From: Chrysomallon squamiferum | Taxonomy: Eukaryota > Animalia > Mollusca | Direction: 5' to 3' | DNA: 64,000 nucleotides | NCBI GenBank assembly: GCA_012295275.1 | Contig: CM022675.1 | Location: forward strand, 17,112,001 to 17,176,000 | Shown: piece by piece, positions 28,101 through 41,300 of the stretch | Numbering within the stretch: position 1 is the stretch's first letter | Layout of the letters: every line of letters starts with the position of its first letter | The notes under the pieces: model-generated | What the model saw: only the letters and a program-made list of their open reading frames with translations | Database searches by the model: none | Told to the model about the DNA's origin: nothing | Translations under genes and position numbers: made by a program

Positions 28101-31100
28101 CATATCCTAGTATTAAATACTCAGCTGGCAGTATGAGAATTTCATTACAAAATATACCATCTTACTTTTTAAAAATGTTATTTAAAAATTTCCAGTTGTA
28201 TTTATTTGAATGGTAATTAAAACAATCTTCCAAGAATGTATATATTTTTTTTAATTAGAATTTTTTTTGTAAGTGAGAACTGTATCACTGATAAATAAGG
28301 AAAAACCACTTAAATTTAAAGTTTTATATGCATTATATAAAGTTATAGTTTTAACCATTATTATTATTATAATTTCATTTTTAATTATGTAACTTTAATT
28401 TTTCTGACATGTTCATCAATTCATTTCTATCAAATTTATATCCCAAATAATAATTAAACTGATTTATATTAAAAACACCTTTTGAAATTTGTAGATCATT
28501 AATAATTTAAATAGAGTAAAACCAAATGCTAAATAAGCATGAAAGAAGAGACAAAATATATCTGAAATATGCATATTTGTGCTGGGAATGTCCATTATTA
28601 CTCTTTTATTTTCAGATGGCTGGTAATTTCTTGTTTTATTTTTGTAAATGACTGTTTTTATCTACAGTTAGAATGGTCATGCATAAATGTACTGGAATAC
28701 TTAATTATGAACCAGCGGACAACCAAAATCTAATGTTAGCTATAAATTCAATGTTTTTATTTGACTGGATCTGCATGAATCAATTATATATTGTCTCTGA
28801 AAAATTTAAAAACTTTTCTACACAAACTAAAGCTTTCTAACACCAAGCCACAATATTAAAACAAAAGCATGCATGATAAATATGCAACTAGTCACTGTAA
28901 CACAGTAAGAAATAAAATAAATTTGATTGAATGTCTATTATTTTCTAATTTCAGCTATTGTTTGCTAAAAAAAATAAAAAAGTAAATAAATCCTCTCCAA
29001 ATGTATCTAACAAAAAAAAACTATACATACTTAAGGAAGATAAAGTAATATTTTATAGGAAGATATTTTTACCAGTGCCGATTCCTGTGGAAACATTGGT
29101 CTTGGTCCTCTCTGCATATGCTGCATAGGTACACCAGGGCCCATTTGTGTTACAGATCTAGAAATCATAGAAGGTTCCAGTCCTGGTTGAGGAGTGCCAG
29201 GCTGATGACTGTAAGGATCTGGAAGACTTTGTGATCGAGCTATCTGAGGATGAGGATGACGGAACTGCTCCTGTCCACCAGGAAAGGAAAGATCCAAGTG
29301 GCGAAGAGGCCCTGGGGATGAGTGAGGTGATTTGCCAGCTGTCGAAGGAAGTGGTGTCTGTTGTGGAATTGCAGAAGCTCCAGATGACTGTGTTTCTGGA
29401 TGCTGTTGGCCAAATGTTTCTGATGGTGTGGATGTGGCTATTGCCTGCTGGAACTGTTCAGGTGTACTGGGTTTAATGCCTGGTGACATCTGATCTGGTG
29501 GTGAAAATCTTGGTCTTGGTCCCATCATCCCTGATCGAGGACCACGCATGGAATGCATAAAAGTATCTTGGGGGCCAGCTGGACGAGCTGTATCTGATGG
29601 AAAAGCATAAGGATCAGAAACTGGTGGTCTTGGTCCTCTGACCATTGGTTCAGCCTGACCATGAATATTTGGACTCTGTCCATGAAACTGTTGATTAGGT
29701 CCTAGATGAGGAGTTCCAGGAGCTGAGGCAAATGGATCCTGTGGTCCAGCCATTCTTGGTGTACCAGGAGGATGAAGATAAGGGTTTGCTTGTGATGTAT
29801 TCTGATTGGGAGACATCTGCTGAGCTGCCTGCTGGTCAAATGATTTTCTAACCTGAGGAATTCCAGGAGTTCCAGGTGGCTTTGGATAACCATTTTCATC
29901 ATGTGTCTCATTGTGAGGTGTGTTTGGAGGATGAGCATATGGATCAAAAGCCTGTGGTGTCACTTGTCGAGGTGGATGACTCAATCTCACAGTTCCAGAA
30001 CCTTGAGCAAAGTCAGGTCTCGGTGCAGATGGCTGAAAAGCATAAGCATCAGTATTTGGTTGTCTAGCAGGATTAAGCTGATCAGGTGAGAGAATCTGTT
30101 TGATGCCTGAAGGATGATTAAAAGTAGCTTTTCCATCTCCAGAGGGACCTGCTGCACATTTATTGAAAGATTCCTCTGGCCATTGTTGTGGCATATTCCT
30201 TGGACTTCCCAAACCACCAGGGCTATGAAGTGGACTCATTTCACCTAAAACAGTAGTTTTCACATGAACTGTCTTGATATTTATTTTCAGAAAACAGATT
30301 TTGAGAACACAAAATATAACACAACTTAATCTCTTGACATGTGACAAAACTTTACTTAGTTTAGATCTGATGTATACTTAGGAATGAATCTATGAATGAA
30401 TCTATGAATGAATAAATGAATGAATTACTGATGAATGTGGATAATAACAGCAAACATAAATAACAACTCTGTCTGCCAGATGTCAAGGAATCAAGGTTAA
30501 ATAACATCAAGACAACAAAACTATCATTTGATCCTAGTTGTGTTTGGAAACATCTATGAAAATAAATGTGAATACCTTCCATTCCTGGTAGAGGAGATCG
30601 ACCTGGACTAGGACCACCATGTCTAGGTGACACTGGCAACATCCCCTGTATAGGTCCTTCAATAGGTCTACGTCCTGTAAACAAGTTATAAAATTACATT
30701 ACTGTTTTTAAATGTGCACTAATGCTTCTATTATATACACAAGACCTATGTTCTTTTTTTTATCTTCTTTACAACAAATTTCACTGAAAGGTACAGATAC
30801 AGCAACTACATGCTGTAGAAGGATGTTTGCCTATTTTTATATTAAGAGCAATGACAATTTTCAACCATGTTATCAAAAGCTGAACTCAAGATACAGATTT
30901 ACTAAATATGTTTTAATAGACAGGATTATTAGTGTAAAGAAAAGAAAAATAAAGAAATATTTATTTTATTTGTTTTATTATTTATTTATTCATTCATTCA
31001 TTTTATTTTTTATTTCTGTTTCAAACAAAATGAAAGTGAACTTGTTTTTATGAGCAAAATATTTTTTGTTTTGTTAATACTAATTTCTTTCTTTTCTTTT

Positions 31101-31521
31101 TCCTCCCAAAGAAATGTAATTTTAATGTATATTTTAACCTTCTTGAGGAGAGAGTTGTGGAAACTGATCTGGTACTCCTGGCATCTGTCCCCCACCTGGA
31201 GAAGGTAATGGAGGGGGAGCTGGGGGTGGTGGCATAGCCTGACTGTCCTCTCTCATTTGAGCTTCTTGTTGCCTTCGTCTGAGTTCCTGTGAAACCTGCT
31301 GAAATAGTAATTAAATTCTTGAATTATACAATATGTCAAATATGTTCTTGTTTTCAATTCCTTTTATCTGTTGATTCAACTTAAGTTAAAAAACAAAAAT
31401 ACATACATGTTCCATATATTGCAAAATATCTATTATTATCTTTAGCATTTTTCAATTTAAATATAATTTTTAGTCAAGTTAATAACCAAACATTTAAAGC
31501 AGGGAGTGTGTTCTGTAAATG

Positions 31522-31552
<31 letters not shown>

Positions 31553-32300
31553 AATGGAAACATACAGTTTATAAAATATGTACCATAATGATAATGTGCA
31601 GTTCAAAACATTAACAAAATGCACTGCTGACTTGTTATTATTATATAAACCTAGGAATATTTTGTGTGCAGTTATTTTTTAAATTATTATTTAGGTATTA
31701 AATGACTAGAAACCAAATTTCTATACCTCATTACATGTCTAATGAAGAGCATTTATAGATTTCATGGTAATTTATATTTGTTAATGTTATGTATATGCAG
31801 AACATGAAATATTAATTATGTCATCAGAGGAGCAAAGTATATTTACTGTCCTGGTATTTTATAATAATTACTAAATTATCTATTTTTTTCAAAATTGTTG
31901 TCATTCCAAATACAAAAGAGAAAAATAATGCTAAATATCATAAACAATTTACAAAAATGACATGCCTTAGGTGCAACAGTAATATATATGAACACATAAA
32001 TCTATTATTATTTTTCCACAATATATACAAAAAATAAAAAGTTAATGTCTTGGATAGAAAGAATATGTTAAAAAATAAATTAAAAAAAAAATAAATAATA
32101 ATAATAATAATAATAATCCCATGCATCTTTTCATGCATAAAATCATATTCATGCAAAGGTAACAATAGTATATAAAATACTTTTTAATCTAAAAAATATA
32201 TAAAATGTGAGTTGGTTAATAACTTACTAAAAACAGAAGAAAACAATAACTTTATTAACCTTGCTTCAATTCAGTAAAAACACAGACATAAGTGTTCTAA

Positions 32301-32340
<40 letters not shown>

Positions 32341-35300
32341 CCACATTTGTAATGTTAATAACACAAATACATTACCGAAAACAAAAAATATAATTTATAT
32401 ATTATCTATTAAAACAAATATCTGTTATTTTACTCAGGGGAAAATGAAAATTAATTTTTAGCCAACTACTCTATTCATGCAGCCTATTACTAAAAGAAAT
32501 ACATGAATTAGTGCATACTAAATTTTATATATTTCTCTTGATCCAACCAAAAACAACAAAAGTAATAATAATTAAAATATTAAATAATATAAACATAAAT
32601 GTATAAATTAAAGCGGGTCAAATAAGCAGAAAAGGCAAGAAAAAATAAAAAATAAATAAATAAAAGGTAAACTTAAGTATTGTCGTCTACCAACCTCTAC
32701 ATCAAATTCACCAGCCTGCAAATCAATCAAATCCCAGAAGAAAAATTATTTCCAAAATATTACACAAGAAAGATGATGATAAATGTTCTTAATAATTATT
32801 AATATTTATATAATGTTGGAAAATGTCAATTTGATGTTTCTACTTAAAATTTTACTAATGTAACCAGCATTAGAAAAAAGATAGTTTTAGTGGAAAACAA
32901 GACCTAAACTCCATAAATACAGTCAGAAATTTCCAGGTAACTAAATATTATTGTTTGAATTATTTAAAATAAAAAATAAAATAAAAATGATTTAAACAAA
33001 ACTAGTACCCACGATTAATATTTGTATGTTAATAAAAGTATAAGCAGATGTAATATAATTTACAAAATTCAACATTTAAAAATAAACATACCAAACAGGC
33101 ATAATGTATCTTTTATATTACTATAATGACAGTTAGATGTTTGTGCAATATTTGTTAATATACTTTAAATGTACATATATGCCTATAATGAACCATTTCA
33201 TATGATGTGACATAAAATTTTCAAATTGTTGTAAATAATATGCTAACATGAAAATGCTTTAGTACACGATGTATACATAGCATGAATAAATTGTTTTTAT
33301 TTTGTAGATGAGTGAAAGAGCATCTGGTGCAACACTTGTTATTAAATGCATTCAACATAATATATTGAAATAGATTTAAAATATAAATAGTGATTATTTT
33401 TAAACAAAAGTAAAACCAGTATCAACACCCCAATGATTATTATTGGGGGATTGTATTAAAGTATTTTTTAACAAGCACTTTCTTACAGACTAGGGAAAGG
33501 GAAGTATGGCCCTTGATATACAACTCTTGAATTACCAGCTTTAACATCAAGATTAATAAATATTATCATTAAGGAATATATTCCACCATATCTAGTAACA
33601 ATTAATTCCTTGGAGAAACCATTAATTGTATCATTTATTAAAACTGTTTAATGTGAAATCTAAATCACCAGTCTGTAGCAAGTTGTTAAACATCCACCAA
33701 CTTAAAAATGCATGCCTTACTTATCAATTGTTAGCCTAATTGTGATGTTTTGAAGTCTACTTTTACATGAATGTTTAACCAAAACTGAAGGCAATTCTTT
33801 ACAATTCAAGAAATGTGACAGCTGTTGTCAATTAATGAATTATATTATCTTCTCTTTAGTTTTACTTCATGCAAAGCATCCAGTATTTTATTTAACAGCA
33901 CCATGCGTTAATGTGTTACAGCACTAATGATCAGTCTTGGCATGCATTTTAATGCTTTTACAATTATACTTACTTTCTGTGCTTTCAGAACTCGGCTGCT
34001 GGTTCGATTTTTACGAGCCTTTGCCTGGAAAAGTAAAATGCAACAATACATCCTGATGACATGCTACTAATAACTGAATATTTTCACTGAAAAGAAAGAA
34101 CATGCTATGCCACTGAAAAGCTGGCTGAAATGGGGAAAAAAAGAAGAGAGAAAAATGGATAAAATAGATATTTTTATTTCTTAAAGAATTTTACAAACTA
34201 TTTCTTAAGGAGGCAAATATTACAGAAATAAAGCTATAATCCATCCAACACATTTCATTTAAATATATATTTTAAATAAAAATTTTACTCACCAAATATG
34301 GTTGCTTTTCTTCAGGTGTAAGTTTTCGCCACAATTTTGCTATCTGCTTGGCTCTTTCTGGCCAGTCTAAAACATGAAAATATTTGTGAGTTAAAATTTA
34401 CTGATGTTACTACTTATGATACAAAATAGACAGGGTCACCCAAGGTCTGGATCTATTGGCATAAACGTATGATTAAGTTTTATTACAGTAAATGCTAAAG
34501 TTGACAACCTTGAACTTTGTATCGGTATGTGCTAAATGCAAGAATACTGAAACTTTGTTAATGTAACAGAACTTATGTTGGTGCTGCAATGGCTGATCTG
34601 GGCTGATTCTGATACTGACTTAAGATGATCAAAGACCAATCAATTGCTGTTAGGACTGGACACCAACTGGATCTTGCCTTCTGATACAAATTGAAAAATT
34701 TCAAATTTTGTCAAAGGAAAGTGCCTATAGATGCAGACGTTTGGGGCATTCTGTATATAAGGTATATACAAGTAAGATCCACGGGCAACATTTTTTCAGG
34801 TCTTTCTTAAATATCCTGGTGCATTCTATTATATTAATAGTTAAATGATGTGTTAGTTATTAAAATTTGAATTAATATAACCTGTGTATTCTGTTTTCAG
34901 TTCTGGATGATTCATGTTTACATAAAGAATTGAAGATATTGTTGCATTCAGTCCAAGGGCCTCATCTGCTTCCCACTTGATAATATTTCTTCGACTGCTG
35001 CCTTCCTCAGAGTTAACTTCATCAAGTGCCCAGGGTGGGGCCTGCTTTGGACCAAACCCAGGACTGATCTGCTGTGGGCTGATAAAAAAAAAATAATCAG
35101 AAAGTGTGTTTAAATTAAAAAGAAATTTGGCATGTAACAAATTATTGTCTATTATCCTAAGCAATAATTTCATACATTTTTTCAAATTTTAATTAAAAAA
35201 ATATGAGTTTTAGATATATAAATCTACTTATTAAAACTGACCAGTTTCAAAGCTTAGAAATTGCAGTCTGAAAATATTAAGAAAAAACCCCAACAAAAAC

Positions 35301-38300
35301 AACAAAAAAGACCTATTAGAACAGAGGTATTTCACATCCCACTGCGCATGTGCCCAGTGCTGGGTAATATGAGGATGCATATTACAAGATCTTGCCAAAA
35401 TAGCCCTACCTGCAAACTAGTGGGAAAAAACAATAATACTATAATGGGAGGCCATGACCATTGTTCAGTTACTAACTGTTCCAATCACAAAAGTCCAGGA
35501 AATGCATATTGGAAACTTGAGGGTATGTTCAGCACATTTTTTAGGTGGGAAGCCACTGTACAACAAGAAACATGTGATCTATACACCAATCTTGAATATG
35601 GGATGGGAAATTGTCACAAAATCTAGGATAACAAAAAACACAAATGAAATTAATGACATGATTCAGATAACCACAGAGAACAACACTTTCTTAATTATTC
35701 AGTCTACCACAACTATTAAATAAGTTGCTCACATTTCCTTCATAAACAAAAGATTTAATTAATCATGTTACGGTATATCTTGTTTATTGAACACACTATG
35801 TGGCCATGTGTCTACAACAAAGTAAATACTCTGGCTATAAATGGCATCATTTGAAAGACTTGCTGAACAAACAAGTTATTGCAAATGTTTGTAGTGCATC
35901 TGTGGGGGATGGACACATGCTACCCCTTGATCTGGACTTGAATTGTTTTTCAATTGTACTGTGTGTAAGCATAAGCCTCCCATTGTTGTAGGTGGGAGAT
36001 GACAGGGTGGATAACAGACTTTATGTTAATATTATGCGCGCATGCATGCACGCACACATACACACACACACAATACTGAAACACACAAATATGCCCTGAT
36101 TTTGACATGGGTATATTTACAATATTTATGCATACGTTTCCAGTAAACAAATTATATATATCCATCCGAGATATATTTATAACCTTTCTAATTTTTAAAC
36201 ACTTATATGGAATCCCTGTCAAATGTTTTGTTTGTACTTTTTACAAGATAGTCTTTTAATCTGGCGTTATCAAAACCCTTGGGTTCAAGTAGCAGACTTT
36301 ATCCAAGTAGTTGCACTACTTTTTAACTTGAACCATTCCACTGTAAATTTCAGTGGACCATTTTCTACAGACATTACATACATGTTAGTTGCCAAAGTTT
36401 AATGTCTCCTATGAAGCTACTGTCATGCCGTAACAATCAGTTTGTCATGCCCCTCTATTTGTAAATAGATTAGTTTGTCTAGTTTGTCAAGGGACATTAC
36501 TCTTTGCGTGCGTGCACAATAGGAATGTGAAATACCTCAATTACAGTAAGAGAATATATAATGATAAAAATAAATAAAAATAACTTGCTAAATGAAGAAA
36601 TTTTAGAGATCACTACTGCAACACTTAAATGTCATTTTAATAAAAGCAGTGGCTAAATATTTCATGGTGCTCAACTCAACAAATATGCTTTCTTGAGATA
36701 TTAGATATTTCAAGAAACTTACCCAAAACCTGGTGGGAATGGTGGACTGGCACCAAAGCTAGGCAGAGGGCCTGCACCAGGTGGTCTGTCAGCATCAGTT
36801 ACATGCTGTGGGTTAGGACCCTGAATTGGCATACCGATCATTGGAGCAGGTCCTGTTCCCATCATTCGTGGCATTCCCTGATCCTGTGGATACATTTGAG
36901 GACCTGGTAGAAGAGTTGGAGGATGGGGCATGTTGAACTGGTTAGGACCAAGTACTGGAAAGAACAAATTATCTCGTAAGTGGAAAACATTCATCAGAGC
37001 ATTAATAATGTATCTCTCACATTAAAACAAAGTGCCATGTGAAAGAATACTACAGCAGAAATGTTCCATTCTGACTTGTATTTGGCTAAATATTTTTATT
37101 TATTATATTTTGACTATTTCATTAGTTCTGTCTACTCCAAAAATTAATGGAAAATTGTATACATGTAAATTATAATAATACCAATGTAATAGCAGTAATA
37201 TTTATTTATTTATTTATATTATTACAACATTATTTTATTCCAACAACTATCATCTTAATAATAAATAGCACAAATCAGTCTATTACCGTCTGTAGAAGCT
37301 GAAGGGGCAGTCTCGGGTCCATTTGGTTCATGTCCTTGTAAAACTCCTTTAAATATGTCTTCCACCATTTTGCTGTCAATCTGGTCCAGATTTGGTCCAA
37401 GGTTTACTGAAATGTAGTGGAATTATGATCACAACTGATGGACACCAAACAGTAAATAATTTAATGAAATAATATGTTTTGACAGACTGAACTATAAACC
37501 ATTATGATAAAATTCAACTGAAGCATTCCAATGTACAGTGAAATTTAAGCAAATTTTACATGAAATTCTGAAATTATATGCACATAAATTAATTTTTACC
37601 ATCTGATAACATTTTGTCCACATCAAGATTCTTGTCTACACCAAGGTCAGGGGTCAACATGTCAAGCTCATCTTTGCTAGGTGTTTCTCTGATCTTATCT
37701 CCAGAAGAATCTGTGGGTTCACCTTCAATGGTTACATTTGAAGCTAATAAACAAAGACTGCATTCAAATATATACGTAGAGAGAACAGACCATCAAATGA
37801 CTAAATTTTTCTGTACTGTTATTTATATTTTAATACATTTATTTTAATGGTTAATACCATTATTATTAGTTTGGAAATTTTGGAATCCACTTATTATTGA
37901 AATATGTTTTTGTAGGGAATTCTATTGGTACAAACAATACTGATAAAACAATTAAGCAATTTTAAACATATTTCTTCTGATATAAAAAAAGAACATTAAA
38001 CACAACTGTAAAGACAGAAATATTAAATAATGAGATAAAAATAATACAATTACCCTCACTGTCAAACATTTTAAGAATATCATCTTCAGGTGGAAGATCA
38101 CTTAAATCACCTGGAAGAATATCTTTGAGGTCTCCATCATCTAAAATAAACATATTTGATAACTTTAGCAGAAAACCAGGTTTGTGCAGCATTAAAGAAG
38201 GTCAGTATTAATTAATTTATAGGAATGTCATTTTGAAATAATGTAATCAACCTTATATAGAAGATCTACAGGAAATTGCTGTTTTTTATGTTTTGTTTTT

Positions 38301-41300
38301 TTGAGAGCTGCTGCAAATTATCAAAAAATATAGGTAAAATGAATACCCCCCCCCTCTGCTATACTACATTCACTGTCAAACATAAATACATCTATTCAAT
38401 TCCACAGTAAATTCTAAAGTAATAAAGAGACAGGTATTTCACATTTTTAAATTGATTACCCAAATTATGTGGATCATCTGTGTGTCCCATAGATGGGAGA
38501 GAGACATCTCGGTGCCCAGCAGGTAAAGATCTGACAATATCAGTGTCTGTGTTACTACCATGTGCAGACTGTCGAGATGATGGACGAGATTTCTCTTTTT
38601 CTGAGTCAGACCCAATTAAAATCTCTCTGCTCTCTTTGCTTGTGTCTAACAGTGACTTGCCAAAGAAAGCTTCCTAGTAGATGAAATATTTTAATTACAG
38701 TTAAGGTCAATGGCACTGTTATGTGTGTACAACACATCATGATAACAACAACTGCATGCAAGATCAAATATAAACCTTAAGGTTCTTACATTACTGGTTA
38801 TGGATTAAAATATCTTCCAAGTAAAATCAAGTATAATAATTTCAAAAAGAATTCATCTGATTTATTTTACTCATTTACATTCCCAAGCTATTTTGACTTC
38901 TTGCAAGATGAAAGTGACTAATTCCTATATATTTCAGTGACTGATCAGTTCAACACAAAACAAAATGGTTTACAAATACATACATGTACCTAAGTAACAG
39001 GGAAAAATAAAAGGGGAAAAAAAAAAAAGAAGATCTATATCTATTTCTTCTTTGTTTTTAAGCTGATGTAATTATTACAAATAAACTGGATTTTAAACTA
39101 TAGTGTATCAGAATATTTTACCTGCAGGTATGTTGGAAAACTTTCCTCAAGTTTAGATTTTCGGGATCGTCTTCGACGTTTTTGTTTCTCTGGAGCATGT
39201 GGTGTCCCTTCAGGAGTAGTTCCTGGTTCACCTTCCACTAAACAGGTTCAAATTATTAAATACATTTAACTTCTATGTGTTGAAATCCAAATTTCATAAA
39301 CTACATTTACAGGTCTTAAGTTTCTGCTGTACTACCTCTCTACTCAACTGTTTGCATTATATTAACCACTTCTCGTCACTACTAAGATGGGTTATCACCA
39401 TCTACTGGCAAAAATGTAAAGTATAAAAGATGAAAAGAAACTACACCAATGAAAGTATGATATAATACACTGAAAATTCTGGTACCTGAATGAAGTAAAA
39501 AAAGTTAGTTTATGGAAGAAAACCATGGTTTTGAACAAAAAAGAATAAAAAGCAAGCATTAAAGAATAAAAATCCCTTTTAAAGAATGATGAATAACATT
39601 TTTGTATGATCAAATAATGAAAAATAAACATCTATAATAATGAAAAAATAAAATCATTGGTGGAAAGAGTGTTTGTTTTTAAAAATTCTTTACCATCCAT
39701 GCTTAAATCCTCTTGAGACTGTGATTGTGTCTGTCGCTTCCAAATTGTAGTACGTGACCGTTGTCTAGCAACAAACCCTCCAACTCCTAATAAATATTAA
39801 TGAAAATATCAGATATTAACTTTTAGGACCTAATATAATCAAAGTGGAAACTGTCACATATAGTAAGGAAAATAGCATTTCAATATAATAAAGTAAAAGA
39901 AATACCCATTCTAAAATCAAAATAATTAACAAGCAATAAACACTGGCTTAGATATTTGAAATTTTGCACCAAAATCTTACCAAGTCCAGTCTGTTTTCTT
40001 GGCCTTCGTTTTTTCAAACCATCTTCTGGTTCATCGGGTCTCATCTCCAGACCAGATAGTGATGGGGCAGCAGGTATGACACCAGCCACAACCAATGGGT
40101 TTTCTGTCATGTCTGAGTCTGGTGTTTTTAAATCTTCTGTATCTACAAATTCACAACAAACTCAGCTGTAAAATCTAATTAGTGTAATGGTTAAGAAAAT
40201 GTTAAATATTTGTAATTATTATTCAATATTTTACTCTCAATTTAAATAAAGGCAAAATCCTTTAAAATTCCAGTGAAAATGCATTCTAAGAAAAATATTT
40301 ATTACCATTTTAAATACAAAACATCATGACAACTATATTATAGTAAATAATAATTTAGTAAATCTGAGCAGAGACAGTGTAATCAAATTATTATCCTGAT
40401 AAATAATCTACTAATTCAGTGAAGAATAGATGATTCCCCTGATATTAATAACATAAGAGAGATCCTTTGTTAATAAACTGCCATACTATTCAACATTTTT
40501 AAATGGTAAACAAATACAAAACAATGACTTAATGAATCAATATAATCCAAATACCTTTTTCCATAGATTCCTCACCATCCACTGATGACATGGAAAGTAG
40601 TCTAGCTACATTTGGATGCTTAACAAGGGGATCTATTAATGGCTGATCAAGCTTTTTTGGTGTACGTTTCTGTCGAGGTTTCTTTGGAATTGGCATAGAA
40701 AGACTCTGAATATGTTCAATTCCCGAGGCAGACAGATAAACGCCATCCATGAGAAACTGCTTTGGTAGTTCTGTTCAAATGTACAAAAATAAATAAAGTA
40801 AAATGAATCAGATTTATGTTCTGAAAATGAAGTACACAAAGAAAATTAATTTATGTAAAATGATTTAAATTTCATGTCAGTTACAAAGGAATTCATAAAT
40901 ATTCATGAAAATTTATTAAATGGACAAACTTTATTATTATTTTTCACATATTTCCTGGTAGAAACATCATGTATTGTTTAGCCTGGTGTTACCACTAAAA
41001 GCAACAGAATGATATGGTTAAAAATATAAAATTTTAAACCATAAATGTGGCATAAATGAAATTAATCAGACAGCCAAAGGAAGGAACCCAAAGACATCCA
41101 TAACATTATTTTTTGGTTATTTTTATTTTCCTTATTCAAGCAACAAAAATCAAATGATCTACCTGGTTCTTTTGGTGGAGGCAGCAGTACTGGTGTGGGT
41201 GGGGGTGGTGTTGGAGGTCGTAATTTCTCTTCAGGAGGTGGGGGTGGTGGTGGTGGAGGTGGCACTGAAAGAGAATTAAACTTTTACAATGATGTTTCTG

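Noticed and set aside
34425-34830. GC-richer intronic block bounded by aataga...tctatt, possibly a MITE
   Set aside because: The inverted terminus is only 6 bp with no coding remnants; it cannot be supported without a repeat search.
38432-38445. aggtatttcacat match to the transposon TIR
   Set aside because: An isolated 13-mer with no partner end or internal similarity.
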